From Glaciihabitans sp. (GTDB lineage Bacteria; Actinomycetota; Actinomycetes; Actinomycetales; Microbacteriaceae), in assembly GCA_025463465.1 (NCBI GenBank), contig JAODAO010000274.1, positions 4,097 through 68,096 on the forward strand: a DNA stretch of 64,000 bases, given 5' to 3'. Positions 54,730-64,000 of the stretch are shown here, one piece after another. Position 1 is the first letter of the stretch, and each line of letters begins with the position of its first letter. Both the position numbers and the translations under genes were made by a program. A model generated the notes under the pieces. That model saw only the letters and a list, made by a program, of their open reading frames with translations. It did not search any database and had not been told where the DNA came from.

Positions 54730-55683
54730 ATGATCGACACCAACAATATTTCCAGTCTCATCGGCGCCGATGTCCTCGACCCCGACGGCGACAAGGTCGG
54801 TACCGTCGGGCAGGTCTACGTTGACGATGCCAGTGGGCAGCCCAGCTGGATCACAGTGCGCACGGGGCTGTTCGGCTCTTCCGAGTCCTTTGTCCCGCTT
54901 GACGACGTCACGCAGAACGGTGATGACGTTCGTATCCAGTACGACAAGGGCTTTGTGAAGGACGCCCCGCGGATCGACAACGACGGCGCTCTCACTCCGG
55001 AGGAGGAGGACACGCTGTACGAGTACTACGGCCACGGAGGCTCCGGCCGTACCACCACCACAGCTGATGGCACCTCGGACATCAACACGGTGGGAGTTGA
55101 CGGCGTCGGTTCCCGCAACGACTACGAGACCGTTCCCGCTACCAACGACGACGCACTCACCCCCGGCTTCGTCGCCACCGGCACCACCGTCGATGACGAC
55201 AGCACCGTTGGTCGAGACACCGTTGGTCACGACACCTCGGGTCCGACCACCGACAGGGCGATGACGCGTTCGGAGGAGCAACTGCATGTCGGAACCGAGA
55301 AAGTCGAGTCGGGTCGGGCGCGCCTGCGTAAGTACGTGGTGACGGAGAACCAGACCGTCACCGTGCCGGTCAGCCACGAGGAGGTCACCCTCGAACGCGA
55401 GCCGATCACCGACGCCAACATCGGTGACGCTACAGCGGGGCCCGACATCAGCGAGGAAGAGCACGAGGTTGTTCTCACCGAGGAGCGCGTTGTCGTTGAC
55501 AAGGAGACCGTGCCGGTTGAGCGTGTGCGCGTTGGCACCAACACGGTGGTCGAGGACCAGGAAGTCACCGAATCCGTTCGTAAGGAGAAGATCGACCTGG
55601 ACGGCGATGGCCAGGGTGACAACACCGTAAGCGCTGACCGTGACACGGACCGCGGTATCGACCGCGATAGCGACCGGATCTAG
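54730..55683 (+). CDS. PRC-barrel + DUF2382 (YsnF/AvaK) stress protein
   Basis: DGDKVGTVGQVYVDD...WITVRTGLFG (PRC); AMTRSEEQLHVG...RLRKYVVTE (DUF2382); RBS AGGAG. Confidence 0.9.
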   Translation: MIDTNNISSLIGADVLDPDGDKVGTVGQVYVDDASGQPSWITVRTGLFGSSESFVPLDDVTQNGDDVRIQYDKGFVKDAPRIDNDGALTPEEEDTLYEYYGHGGSGRTTTTADGTSDINTVGVDGVGSRNDYETVPATNDDALTPGFVATGTTVDDDSTVGRDTVGHDTSGPTTDRAMTRSEEQLHVGTEKVESGRARLRKYVVTENQTVTVPVSHEEVTLEREPITDANIGDATAGPDISEEEHEVVLTEERVVVDKETVPVERVRVGTNTVVEDQEVTESVRKEKIDLDGDGQGDNTVSADRDTDRGIDRDSDRI

Positions 55684-55844
55684 TTTCAGCGGCGCACCAC
55701 CGCGGCACCGAAACGGGCCAGCCACACAAGAACGGCAGGGCGATGCGGCGGGAATCTGACAGGTTCCCGCCGCATCGCTGCCTCGCCAGCCGCGCACTCC
55801 GCTGCGCGTTGCAGGCCGGCAGTGTGCGTGCCCGATCCGATCTG

Positions 55845-56159
55845 CTAGGCCCGGACGGCGGGAATCGCCTCGACCGGTTCTGCCACCACGCGAAGGCCGC
55901 TGTTGGAGTTCGCGGTCACCATCAGCGCCTCTATCCAAGGGTGGTTGAGTTTCGGCTCCGCCGAGGCGGTGTAAATGAACTGAAGGGCGATGGCGGGATG
56001 GATCCACACCGCATTGCGACCGCCGTCACCACCCTGCCAGGAGAGAGTGAACTTCTCCTCCCTGCGCAGTTTCGCTGTGATCACCAGCTGGAGGTGGGCA
56101 AGCACACGATCATCGAAGTCGATTCCGGTGCCCGGAGATCCGTACAGTAGTTGTCCCAT
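55845..56159 (-). CDS. Microbacteriaceae small conserved protein (DUF7882-like), copy 2
   Basis: MGQLLYG...DDRVLAHLQLVITAKLRREEKF...VWIH...NHPWIEAL..TANSNSGL..EP. Confidence 0.82.
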   Translation of the reverse strand: MGQLLYGSPGTGIDFDDRVLAHLQLVITAKLRREEKFTLSWQGGDGGRNAVWIHPAIALQFIYTASAEPKLNHPWIEALMVTANSNSGLRVVAEPVEAIPAVRA

Positions 56160-56394
56160 TACAACTTCCCAGCGGACCGAAGGTTGGGTTCGGCCTACTG
56201 CGCCGAACCCTACGCCCGTCCATCCCCAAAGTCGAGAATCCTACGACGACGCGCGCGTGACGGCATCCCCTGCGTGGCAAGAAAGCGACCACCCCCGCGT
56301 GGGTAGGCGCCCACCGTGGTGGGTGCGGGCGATCGTGAAATATCTGTGGCCGATGGCGCGTTGTTTCCAGCGACACGTTTTGAAGGGCAACACC

Positions 56395-57231
56395 ATGACC
56401 AGTACCTCAACCGCCTCAACCGCCTCCGCCGCCACTGCCGTGGAGAAGTTTCGCGCACGCCGCCTCGAGACGGTCGCGGGGCCCCAGGGAAACCTGGCGC
56501 TGGTAAACACCCAGTGGATAGACTCGGAGCAGACCATCTACGGGGTTGCCGGGGTATGGGCGCCGTTGCCGGCCGGGGAGTCCGGACTACGCGTGAAAGC
56601 AACCGCGGCCGACGGCATACTGGTCGACGGCGTGCTGGTGGATGGCGAGGCCATCGTGCGCGGTAAGGACGCCGACGCCCCCGGGGCCATCGTGTTCAGC
56701 GAGACCGTGACGGGGTATGTGATCGCCAGCGAGCAGGGTAACTATGCCCTCCGCGTCTGGGATGCCCGCTCCGAGGGTATCGAGGACTTCGGTGGGATCG
56801 ACGCATTTGATTACGATCCGGATTGGGTCATCACCGCTTCTTTCACCGAAGTGGCCGGAGGTACGACCGTTGGATTCGAACACCTCAAGGACAATGGCGC
56901 CACCCGCGACCTGGTCGTGCCGGGTGAGATCACGTTCACCAGGGACGGCATCGACTACAGCCTCGCCGCATTCAAATCCGGCAACGCCCTCCAACTTGTC
57001 TTCGCCGACGCCACCAATGGCGACACCAGCTATAGCGTCGGACGATTCCTTTTCGTCGCCCCGCCCAAGGACGGCACGATTACGCTCGACTTCAACCGTG
57101 CCATCCTGCCGCCGTGCGCTTTCAGCTACAACTTCAACTGCCCGCTGCCTCCCAAGCAGAACCGGTTCGCCGTCGCGGTCAACGCGGGCGAAAAGAATGC
57201 CCTGAAAAAGGACGGTTCGCTGCTGCACTGA
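56395..57231 (+). CDS. DUF1684 domain protein
   Basis: G.LAL, LRVWD, FADATNGDTSYSVGRFL, LDFNRA..PPCAFSYNFNCPLPP..N. Confidence 0.88.
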   Translation: MTSTSTASTASAATAVEKFRARRLETVAGPQGNLALVNTQWIDSEQTIYGVAGVWAPLPAGESGLRVKATAADGILVDGVLVDGEAIVRGKDADAPGAIVFSETVTGYVIASEQGNYALRVWDARSEGIEDFGGIDAFDYDPDWVITASFTEVAGGTTVGFEHLKDNGATRDLVVPGEITFTRDGIDYSLAAFKSGNALQLVFADATNGDTSYSVGRFLFVAPPKDGTITLDFNRAILPPCAFSYNFNCPLPPKQNRFAVAVNAGEKNALKKDGSLLH

Positions 57232-57343
57232 GTGCCGCCGGCTCGGAGATATAACCGCGGACCGTTGCCGGACCAACCGCCCGGGAGTGGGCGGCCGGAG
57301 TTAGGCTGAACCCACTAACGGCCAACGGCGATCGGAAGTACCT

Positions 57344-58771
57344 GTGGTGAGCCCCCGGACAGTATCCAGCCCCTGGACACCGGCACGAGCGCAGTCGGAT
57401 CCAGGTGGGTCGCGGCTCCAGCGCGAACGAGCCCATGAACTGGTGCTCGATCCCCGTTACGCCCCGTCAGCTTCCGCGGTCGTTCGGCCCGTTGTGCGGG
57501 AGTCCTGGCAGCGATCCCTCCGGCTTCGGCTTAACCCCGACGTGCTGTTCGCCGCCGTTGACCTAGCCGAGGACGACCTGCGTGAGTACCGGGCGTTACA
57601 CCCGCTGTCCCTGGCGCTCCCCACCATCCACGAGCTCCTTGTGCGGCACACCTTCGAGACCGGGCTGATCGTCGCCGTGGGGGACCAGTCCGGCCGGCTG
57701 CTCTGGATCGACGGCGACCGCGCGCTTCGGCGCAAGGCCGAGGGGATGCTATTTGTGGAGGGAGCCAACTGGTCGGAGTCCGCAGTGGGTACCAGCGCCC
57801 CTGGTACCGCTCTCGCCCTCGACCGCAGCATTCAGATCCAGGGCGCCGAGCACTTCAGCCGGATCGTGCACCCGTGGAGCTGTTCAGCGGTACCCGTCCA
57901 CGATCCCGAAACCGGCTCGCTGCTCGGGGTCATCGATATCACCGGTGGCGACGACGCGGTCGCCCCCGTGACGATGCCCCTGCTCGAGGCGACCGTCGCG
58001 GCAGTGGAGGCGCAACTCCACGTCCTCCGGCTCGATCGCGCCAGTGCCGGGAGACAGACATCCAGCCGAACGCCACGACCGGCCGATGACCCGGTGTTGC
58101 CTTCCGCCCGGGTGCGTCGCAGCACCACCCTGCACCCCGCAGGCGCCCTGCTGAGCGTCCTGGGTCGCGAGGGTGGCCGACTTGAGGTGGGGGAGGAGAT
58201 CGTCGCTCTCGGGGGACGCCACGCCGAGATCCTCACGTTGCTGGCCTGGCACCGCGATGGCCTTTCAGCCCGGGCGCTCGCCACCCACCTGTATGGGCGC
58301 GCAGACGCGGTGCCCACCCTGCGTGCGGAAATGGTGCGACTGCGGCACACGTTGCTGCCGGTGGCCGAAAACCTGTTCCTCGACTCGAAACCGTACCGCC
58401 TGCGCGGGCAACTCGAACTCGACGCCCACCGGGTGCTCGCGTTCCTCGACCGCGGAGCACATCGCGTCGCGCTCGCCGGGTATGGCGGCCGCCTGCTGCC
58501 GGTCTCCCAATCGCCGGGGATCCGCTCCATCGCCGACGAGGTAAGCGGCCGCCTGCGCGACGCCCTGCTTACAGACGCCGCCGTGGAGACACTGCTCGAC
58601 TACGCCCGCACCGAAGAGGCCGCGTATGACCTCGACGTGTGGCGCGCGGTGCTGCGCCTCCTGCCACCGAAATCGCCGAAGCGCATCGCCGCGGTCACCC
58701 GGATCGAGCGCATCGAGGCGGAGCTCGGGGTGCAACCGCGTGCAACCCCCGTGCAACGCCCCCGGACGTAG
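57344..58771 (+). CDS. GAF-domain transcriptional regulator (AcoR-like N-terminus plus wHTH)
   Basis: VRESWQRS, GANWSESAVGTSAPGTAL, HPWSCSAVPVHDP, RHAEIL, TLRAEMVRLR. Confidence 0.88.
   Translation: MVSPRTVSSPWTPARAQSDPGGSRLQRERAHELVLDPRYAPSASAVVRPVVRESWQRSLRLRLNPDVLFAAVDLAEDDLREYRALHPLSLALPTIHELLVRHTFETGLIVAVGDQSGRLLWIDGDRALRRKAEGMLFVEGANWSESAVGTSAPGTALALDRSIQIQGAEHFSRIVHPWSCSAVPVHDPETGSLLGVIDITGGDDAVAPVTMPLLEATVAAVEAQLHVLRLDRASAGRQTSSRTPRPADDPVLPSARVRRSTTLHPAGALLSVLGREGGRLEVGEEIVALGGRHAEILTLLAWHRDGLSARALATHLYGRADAVPTLRAEMVRLRHTLLPVAENLFLDSKPYRLRGQLELDAHRVLAFLDRGAHRVALAGYGGRLLPVSQSPGIRSIADEVSGRLRDALLTDAAVETLLDYARTEEAAYDLDVWRAVLRLLPPKSPKRIAAVTRIERIEAELGVQPRATPVQRPRT
58730..58757 (+). promoter_or_regulatory. 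Triple GTGCAAC direct repeat, putative operator of the aldehyde dehydrogenase gene
   Basis: TGCAAC at 58731, 58741 and 58752 (10-11 bp phasing); -10-like TAGCCT at 58769-58774. Confidence 0.6.
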
Positions 58772-58829
58772 CCTGAGAGCCGGGCCAGTCCCGGTCCACT
58801 TCGACAACGACGTCTAAGGAATAACGCAG

Positions 58830-60353
58830 ATGACCGTCTACGCAGCACCCGGCACCCCGGACAGCAAAGTCACCTTCAAGCCCCGCTACGAACACTGGAT
58901 CGGCGGCGAATGGGTGCCGCCCGTCAAAGGCCAGTACTTCGAAGACATCTCCCCGGTTACCGGCAAAGCCTTCGCCGAGGTGGCCCGCGGAACGGCAGAG
59001 GACATCGACGCCGCCCTCGACGCCGCCCACAAAGCGTTCCCCACCTGGGGCAAAACCACCCCGACCGAACGCGCCGCCGTACTCAACCGCATTGCCGACC
59101 GCATCGACGAGAACCTCGAGCTGCTGTCCGTCGCCGAAACGTGGGACAACGGAAAGCCTATCCGCGAACCCCTGAACGCAGACATCCCCCTCGCCGCCGA
59201 CCACTTCCGCTACTTCGCCGCCGCGATCCGAGCCCAGGACGGCAACCACGCCGAACTCGACGGTGACACGGTTGCCTACCATTTCCACGAACCCCTCGGG
59301 GTGGTCGGCCAGATCATCCCGTGGAACTTTCCGATCCTGATGGCGACCTGGAAGCTGGCACCGGCGCTCGCCGCAGGCAACACCATCGTGCTGAAACCCG
59401 CCGAGCAGACCCCGGTGTCGATCCTCGTGTTGATCGAACTGCTCGCCGATATCCTCCCGCCGGGTGTGGTGAACATCGTGAACGGCTTTGGAGTCGAGGC
59501 GGGCAAACCGCTGGCATCGAGCCCCAGAATCCGCAAGATCGCGTTCACCGGTGAGACCACAACCGGCCGGCTGATCCTCCAATACGCGAGTGCGAACATC
59601 ATCCCCTCGACGGTGGAACTCGGCGGCAAAAGCCCCAACCTGTTCTTCGCCGACGTCGCGGCGGAGCAGGACGCGTTCTACGACAAGGCCCTCGAGGGCT
59701 TCACCCTCTTCGCCTTCAACCAGGGCGAGGTGTGCACGTGCCCGAGCCGGGCTCTCATCCAAAAGCCGATCTACGAGTCCTTCCTCGCCGACGGTATCGA
59801 GCGTGCGCGGAAGGCGGTGCAGGGCAACCCGCTCGACACCGACACCCAGGTCGGTGCGCAGGCCTCAAACGACCAGCTGGAGAAGATTCTCAGCTACATC
59901 GACATCGGCAAGCAGGAGGGCGCGAAGCTTGCACTCGGCGGCGAACGGGTCGACCTGGGCGGCGACCTCACCGAGGGCTATTACGTGGCACCAACTATCT
60001 TCGAGGGCAACAACTCGATGCGGCTGTTCCAGGAGGAGATTTTTGGTCCCGTGGTTGCCGTGACCAGCTTCGATGACTACAACGACGGGATAGCCATCGC
60101 CAACGACACCCTGTACGGGCTCGGTGCCGGCGTCTGGTCGCGCAACGGCAATGTGGCCTATCGGGCCGGGCGTGACATCCAGGCCGGGCGGGTGTGGGTG
60201 AACAACTACCACGCGTACCCGGCGGGCGCGGCATTCGGCGGATACAAGAGTTCCGGCATCGGCCGCGAGAACAACAAGCTCGCGCTCGACCACTACCAGC
60301 AGACCAAAAACCTCCTGGTGTCGTACTCAGAGAACGCGCTCGGGTTCTTCTAG
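58830..60353 (+). CDS. NAD-dependent acetaldehyde dehydrogenase (AldB/ExaC family)
   Basis: [42 protein letters not shown]. Confidence 0.95.
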   Translation: MTVYAAPGTPDSKVTFKPRYEHWIGGEWVPPVKGQYFEDISPVTGKAFAEVARGTAEDIDAALDAAHKAFPTWGKTTPTERAAVLNRIADRIDENLELLSVAETWDNGKPIREPLNADIPLAADHFRYFAAAIRAQDGNHAELDGDTVAYHFHEPLGVVGQIIPWNFPILMATWKLAPALAAGNTIVLKPAEQTPVSILVLIELLADILPPGVVNIVNGFGVEAGKPLASSPRIRKIAFTGETTTGRLILQYASANIIPSTVELGGKSPNLFFADVAAEQDAFYDKALEGFTLFAFNQGEVCTCPSRALIQKPIYESFLADGIERARKAVQGNPLDTDTQVGAQASNDQLEKILSYIDIGKQEGAKLALGGERVDLGGDLTEGYYVAPTIFEGNNSMRLFQEEIFGPVVAVTSFDDYNDGIAIANDTLYGLGAGVWSRNGNVAYRAGRDIQAGRVWVNNYHAYPAGAAFGGYKSSGIGRENNKLALDHYQQTKNLLVSYSENALGFF

Positions 60354-60507
60354 GCCTGACAGTCCGAAGGCCGGCCAGCGTTCCGACGCCGCGCAAATTC
60401 GGCGTCGTCGGGATCGCCCGGACACCTGGCGCAGGATGGGTGGGACTCAGCATTCCCACCCACCCTGCCGTTTCCGGCGTAGGGTGAATAACGAGTTTCG
60501 GTAGCCA

Positions 60508-61038
60508 ATGGAGGCAGCCATGATCAACAGCACACCACTCGCCGGCACGGCCGCCGTGGACACACCCGGCACGCCCGCCGCTGACAGCCCGGCGCCGGAG
60601 CGCCCCGCAGTGGACGCCTCAGCCCACGCCTCGCAACGACTGGACGCCTCAGTCACGGTGACGGGCGAAACGCACTCGCGGGTGGCGCTGGCCGGCGTAA
60701 GCGTCACCCTGCTGCGCTCACTGTGGGAGCAGTACGGCCCACTGATGTTCCACCAGTCGGGGGGATGCTGTGATGGCAGTTCCCCGATGTGTTACCCGGC
60801 AGGCGACTTCCTCACCTCGGACAACGATGTGCTCCTCGGGGTCTTCGATATTGGGACGGACCACCCGCAACCGATCGAGTTCTGGATGTCCAGGGAACAG
60901 TTCCAGTACTGGAGCCACACCCACCTGACGGTGGACGTGGTGAAGGGTCGTGGCAGCGGCTTCTCGGTCGAGGCGCCGGAGGGTGTCCGGTTCATGATTC
61001 GCTCGCGCCTGATGGAGACGGCAAGCCCGTTCGTGTGA
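60508..61038 (+). CDS. DUF779 domain protein
   Basis: GPLMFHQSGGCCDGSSPMCY, GRGSGFSVEAPEG. Confidence 0.92.
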   Translation: MEAAMINSTPLAGTAAVDTPGTPAADSPAPERPAVDASAHASQRLDASVTVTGETHSRVALAGVSVTLLRSLWEQYGPLMFHQSGGCCDGSSPMCYPAGDFLTSDNDVLLGVFDIGTDHPQPIEFWMSREQFQYWSHTHLTVDVVKGRGSGFSVEAPEGVRFMIRSRLMETASPFV

Positions 61039-61091
61039 ACCAGGTAACGGACAGTGTGGGGTGGACGACTGTTCGTGCCGTTGTGTGTCGG

Positions 61092-61113
61092 CGTCGGGGG
61101 GAGGCGGCAGACT
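61092..61113 (+). promoter_or_regulatory. PafBC/RecA-NDp-like promoter of the polA-like gene
   Basis: CGTCGG-N10-CAGACT, then 6 nt to GTG 61120. Confidence 0.5.
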
Positions 61114-61119
61114 AGGGCG

Positions 61120-62787
61120 GTGCACGTTGTCCTCCGTTCCGACCCCGCCGGGGTTGCTCTCATCCCCGTCTCGGACGACGGCCAGGAACAGCCGGGCACA
61201 ACGGTCGTATCCCTGGCCGGCCTCCCGGAGCATGCGGCGAGGCTCGAAGCCGACGGGGTGCGCTGGGTCTGGGACGACACGGCGCGGTGGTATCCGATCC
61301 TGCTCGTCGGGGGAGTCCGCGTCGAACGTTGCGTTGACCTCAGACTGAACCACGCCATCCTCCGACGATCCGCGCTCACCTGCGAATCCGCCCTGGCTCT
61401 GGCAGAACCTAACGCGTGGGACGGCGCCGCTGCCGCTGCCACTACGGTTGCCGATGGCACCCTGTTCGACCTCGTGGAAGACCGTGCAAGCCACTTGCTG
61501 GCCGACCCTGTGGCCGAATTCGCCCTCCAACGGGAGGCCGCGCGAACCTCGACCAACCCGGGAAGCCTCGGCCTCCTGCTGGCGGCCGAGTCGGCTGGTG
61601 CCCTCATCGCTGCCGAGATGCGCTTCGCCGGCCTTCCGTGGAACGCGGACATCCACAACGGGCTGCTCACGGACCTCCTGGGGCCGCGCCCGCTGCCCGG
61701 CACCCGCCCGGCAAAGCTGGAGGCCGTGCTGGCGGTACTGCGCCAGCGGCTCGAAGCACCCGACCTCAACCCCGATTCACCGGCCGAGCTACTGAAGGCG
61801 CTCCGGCGCGCGGGCCTGATGGTCACGTCGACCCGGTCGTGGCACCTCCGGCAGATCGACCACCCCGCGATCGAGCCGCTGCTCGAATACAAGAAGCTCG
61901 CCAGGTTGCTGGCGGCCAACGGGTGGCACTGGCTCGACAGCTGGGTGTCCGACGGCCGTTTCAAGGCCGAATATCTTCCCGGTGGTGTGGTGACCGGGCG
62001 GTGGGCGGCCAACGGCGGCGGCGCCCTCCAGCTGCCCCGGCAGGTTCGCGGCGCGGTGGTTCCCGACCCGGGTTGGAAGCTGATCGTCGCAGACGCTGCA
62101 CAGTTGGAGCCACGGATCCTGGCCGCACTGGCCGGGGACGACAAAATGGCAGCGGCCGGGCGCGGGGACCTCTACAACGGCATCGTTGCCAGCGGGGCGG
62201 TGGCGACCAGGGCGGAAGCGAAGGTGGCCATGCTCGGGGCGATGTACGGGGCGACAACGGGGGAGAGCGGCCGGCTACTCCCGCGGTTGGCTCGCGCCTA
62301 TCCCAAGGCTCTTGCGCTCGTCGAGGCGGCGGCCCGCGCCGGCGAGCGGGGCGATGTGGTGTCCACCCGCCTGGGGCGCACCTCCCCGCGTCCCGGCGAC
62401 GAGTGGCGCGACGCGCAGGGTGAGGCATACGGGGTGGATGCCTCAGACGCGGAGCAACGCAGGGCACAGAGCCAGGCACGGAGCTGGGGACGGTTTACCC
62501 GCAACTTCATCGTCCAGGGCACCGCGGCGGAGTGGGCGCTGTGCTGGATGGCGAGCCTGCGCAACCGGCTCTGGGCCCTCGGGGACGGCGACCTGGTGCG
62601 AAGCCCGCACCTGGTCTTTTTCCTGCACGACGAAGTGATGGTGCACGCTCCGGCGGAGCAGGCTGACGCGGTCGCCGCGCACATCCGCGAGGCTGCCGTT
62701 GAAGCGGGTCGGTTGCTCTTCGGAGCGATGCCGATCGACTTCCCGGTGACCGTGGCGATAGTCGATTCCTACGCGGACGCCAAGTAG
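61120..62787 (+). CDS. Accessory family-A DNA polymerase (actinobacterial bifunctional 3'-5' exonuclease/DNA polymerase family)
   Basis: Motif A VADAAQLEPR, motif B RAEAKVAMLGAMYG, RNFIVQGTAA, motif C FLHDEV; LNPDSP thumb. Confidence 0.9.
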   Translation: MHVVLRSDPAGVALIPVSDDGQEQPGTTVVSLAGLPEHAARLEADGVRWVWDDTARWYPILLVGGVRVERCVDLRLNHAILRRSALTCESALALAEPNAWDGAAAAATTVADGTLFDLVEDRASHLLADPVAEFALQREAARTSTNPGSLGLLLAAESAGALIAAEMRFAGLPWNADIHNGLLTDLLGPRPLPGTRPAKLEAVLAVLRQRLEAPDLNPDSPAELLKALRRAGLMVTSTRSWHLRQIDHPAIEPLLEYKKLARLLAANGWHWLDSWVSDGRFKAEYLPGGVVTGRWAANGGGALQLPRQVRGAVVPDPGWKLIVADAAQLEPRILAALAGDDKMAAAGRGDLYNGIVASGAVATRAEAKVAMLGAMYGATTGESGRLLPRLARAYPKALALVEAAARAGERGDVVSTRLGRTSPRPGDEWRDAQGEAYGVDASDAEQRRAQSQARSWGRFTRNFIVQGTAAEWALCWMASLRNRLWALGDGDLVRSPHLVFFLHDEVMVHAPAEQADAVAAHIREAAVEAGRLLFGAMPIDFPVTVAIVDSYADAK

Positions 62788-62834
62788 AGCGTGCCGGTAC
62801 CAGTACCGGAGCTGGTACCGGTGGCAGCGGCAGA

Positions 62835-63464
62835 TCAGCTCTCGTCGGTCGCTGGAGCAGCGGCATTGCGGCTCGGCCTGCCCCGCTTGGGCGGTGTGCC
62901 GCTGAGCGGCATCGACGTTCCGCCGCCGGAGTCCGCGACCTGCGCAAGCAACATCGCCGAGTTGTCGAGCCAGCGCATCTCCGCCTCGGCCGCCTCGATG
63001 CGGGAATCGAGGATGAGCGTTCGGGCAAGTTGCTCAGCGGTGAGGGAATCCGGCCGCACAGCGGTTGCCGATCTCTCCTTCTCCAGCTCCCGACGGGCGG
63101 CGCCCGTGGTCTGGCGCTGCCTTTCGACCAACACGGCCGCGTCGGTGCCGGGGAGGGTGGCCGCGATCGCCAGCTTGATCGCCAGTTCGTCACGGGGAGC
63201 CGAGCCGCGGGGGACCGCTGAGTCCAGCCAGTCGGCGACGGTGGCGCGGCCGGCAGCGGTGATCTCGTAGTAGATCTGGCCGTCCGGATCGATGTCGTGT
63301 TTGTCGACTAACCCGTCACGCTCGAGGCGATCCAACGTGTTGTAAATCTGCCCGACGTTCAGGGGCCAGCTGCCACCGGTGCGGCGATCAAATTCCGACT
63401 TGAGCTGATACCCGTAGCAGGGACCCTGGCCGAGAATGGCGAGAAGCGAGTGACGAACGGACAC
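62835..63464 (-). CDS. PadR family transcriptional regulator
   Basis: LLAIL...YGYQLK...NVGQIYNTLDRLERDGLV...YEITAAG; C-terminal PPKRGRP. Confidence 0.92.
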   Translation of the reverse strand: MSVRHSLLAILGQGPCYGYQLKSEFDRRTGGSWPLNVGQIYNTLDRLERDGLVDKHDIDPDGQIYYEITAAGRATVADWLDSAVPRGSAPRDELAIKLAIAATLPGTDAAVLVERQRQTTGAARRELEKERSATAVRPDSLTAEQLARTLILDSRIEAAEAEMRWLDNSAMLLAQVADSGGGTSMPLSGTPPKRGRPSRNAAAPATDES

Positions 63465-63722
63465 GATCACCTTCCCGGGTTGATGCATTCCTTGAATCGG
63501 ATTTCCGAGTATAGGCTTTACGAGGGGCAATCGGTGTGGAAGCCGCGCCGTCCACAACGGCTCAGTGTGGGATGCTGGTAGTGGAACGAATAACGCGCCA
63601 GCGCAGCCGACAGGTTTCTGCCAGTCTTGTGATTTCGCAGGTTCGTCCGACATAATTCAATCCAAGCCAGATAATTCGTTCACAGGTCGATGGGGAAGTC
63701 GCACCTACCGAATGGAGAAATC

Positions 63723-64000
63723 GTGGCCGCACCAAATGCTCGCGGAGTGCTCTATGTGCACTCCGCTCCACGTGCGCTGTGCCCACATGTTGAGTGGGCG
63801 GCAGGGCGCGCGCTAGATCGCGCCGTAAATTTTTCATGGAGTGATCAGCCCGTCCTCAAAGGCGCCCAGCGCACCGAGTTCTACTGGGAGGGCGCGCAGG
63901 GTACCGGCGCCCGCCTCGCCTCGGCCCTTCGTGGCTGGGAGCACCTCAGATACGAGGTGACCGAGGATCCCGGTGCGGGATCAGACGGCGGCCGTTGGAT
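63723..64000 (+). CDS. DUF3145 domain protein (3' truncated by window edge)
   Basis: GTG 63723 after GGAG; RGVLYVHSAPRALCPHVEWA...LRGWEHLRYEVTEDP. Absent from the ORF track. Confidence 0.88.
   Translation, partial: MAAPNARGVLYVHSAPRALCPHVEWAAGRALDRAVNFSWSDQPVLKGAQRTEFYWEGAQGTGARLASALRGWEHLRYEVTEDPGAGSDGGRW

Noticed and set aside
56160-56394. Riboswitch or Cys-rich leader before DUF1684
   Set aside because: Only generic GC hairpins; no recognisable aptamer consensus or leader ORF.
49424-57231. Integrative element at tRNA-Asn or tRNA-Ile2
   Set aside because: No integrase or transposase, and no duplicated tRNA 3' end found by eye.

Overview
High-GC actinobacterial chromosome segment. Gene order and protein style (lepA-DUF1990-hemW-DUF4870-hrcA-dnaJ, DUF7882-type paralogues) suggest Microbacteriaceae; this is inference. 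The window is mostly core genome: pabB/trpE-like, leuS, comEA-comEC-holA, rpsT, lepA, hemW, hrcA-dnaJ-rsmE-HIT-phoH-ybeY-hlyC-era, a NarL-type TCS plus ABC exporter, leuA with a Leu-rich leader peptide, recO-uppS, glyQS, frnE, ybaK, dusB-dgt-dnaG, a peptide ABC importer, tRNA-Asn, def and tRNA-Ile2(CAT). It also holds a small accessory islet, a GAF regulator-aldehyde dehydrogenase-DUF779 cluster, a family-A polymerase, PadR and DUF3145. I saw no transposase, integrase, prophage or CRISPR array. Best leads: (1) an unannotated 55-aa CxxxxC peptide coupled to FrnE, possibly its detached redox tail; (2) a TRIC-family membrane protein with five regularly spaced Ser/Thr-kinase-like motifs in its tail; (3) an islet with two unknown paralogues, a PRC/DUF2382 protein and an unannotated 38-aa Lys-rich peptide; (4) a degenerate ABC ATPase and an orphan degenerate histidine kinase; (5) an in-frame TAA in the dnaJ J-domain; (6) PafBC-like promoters at recO and the polA-like gene. 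Family names come from motif recognition, not database searches.
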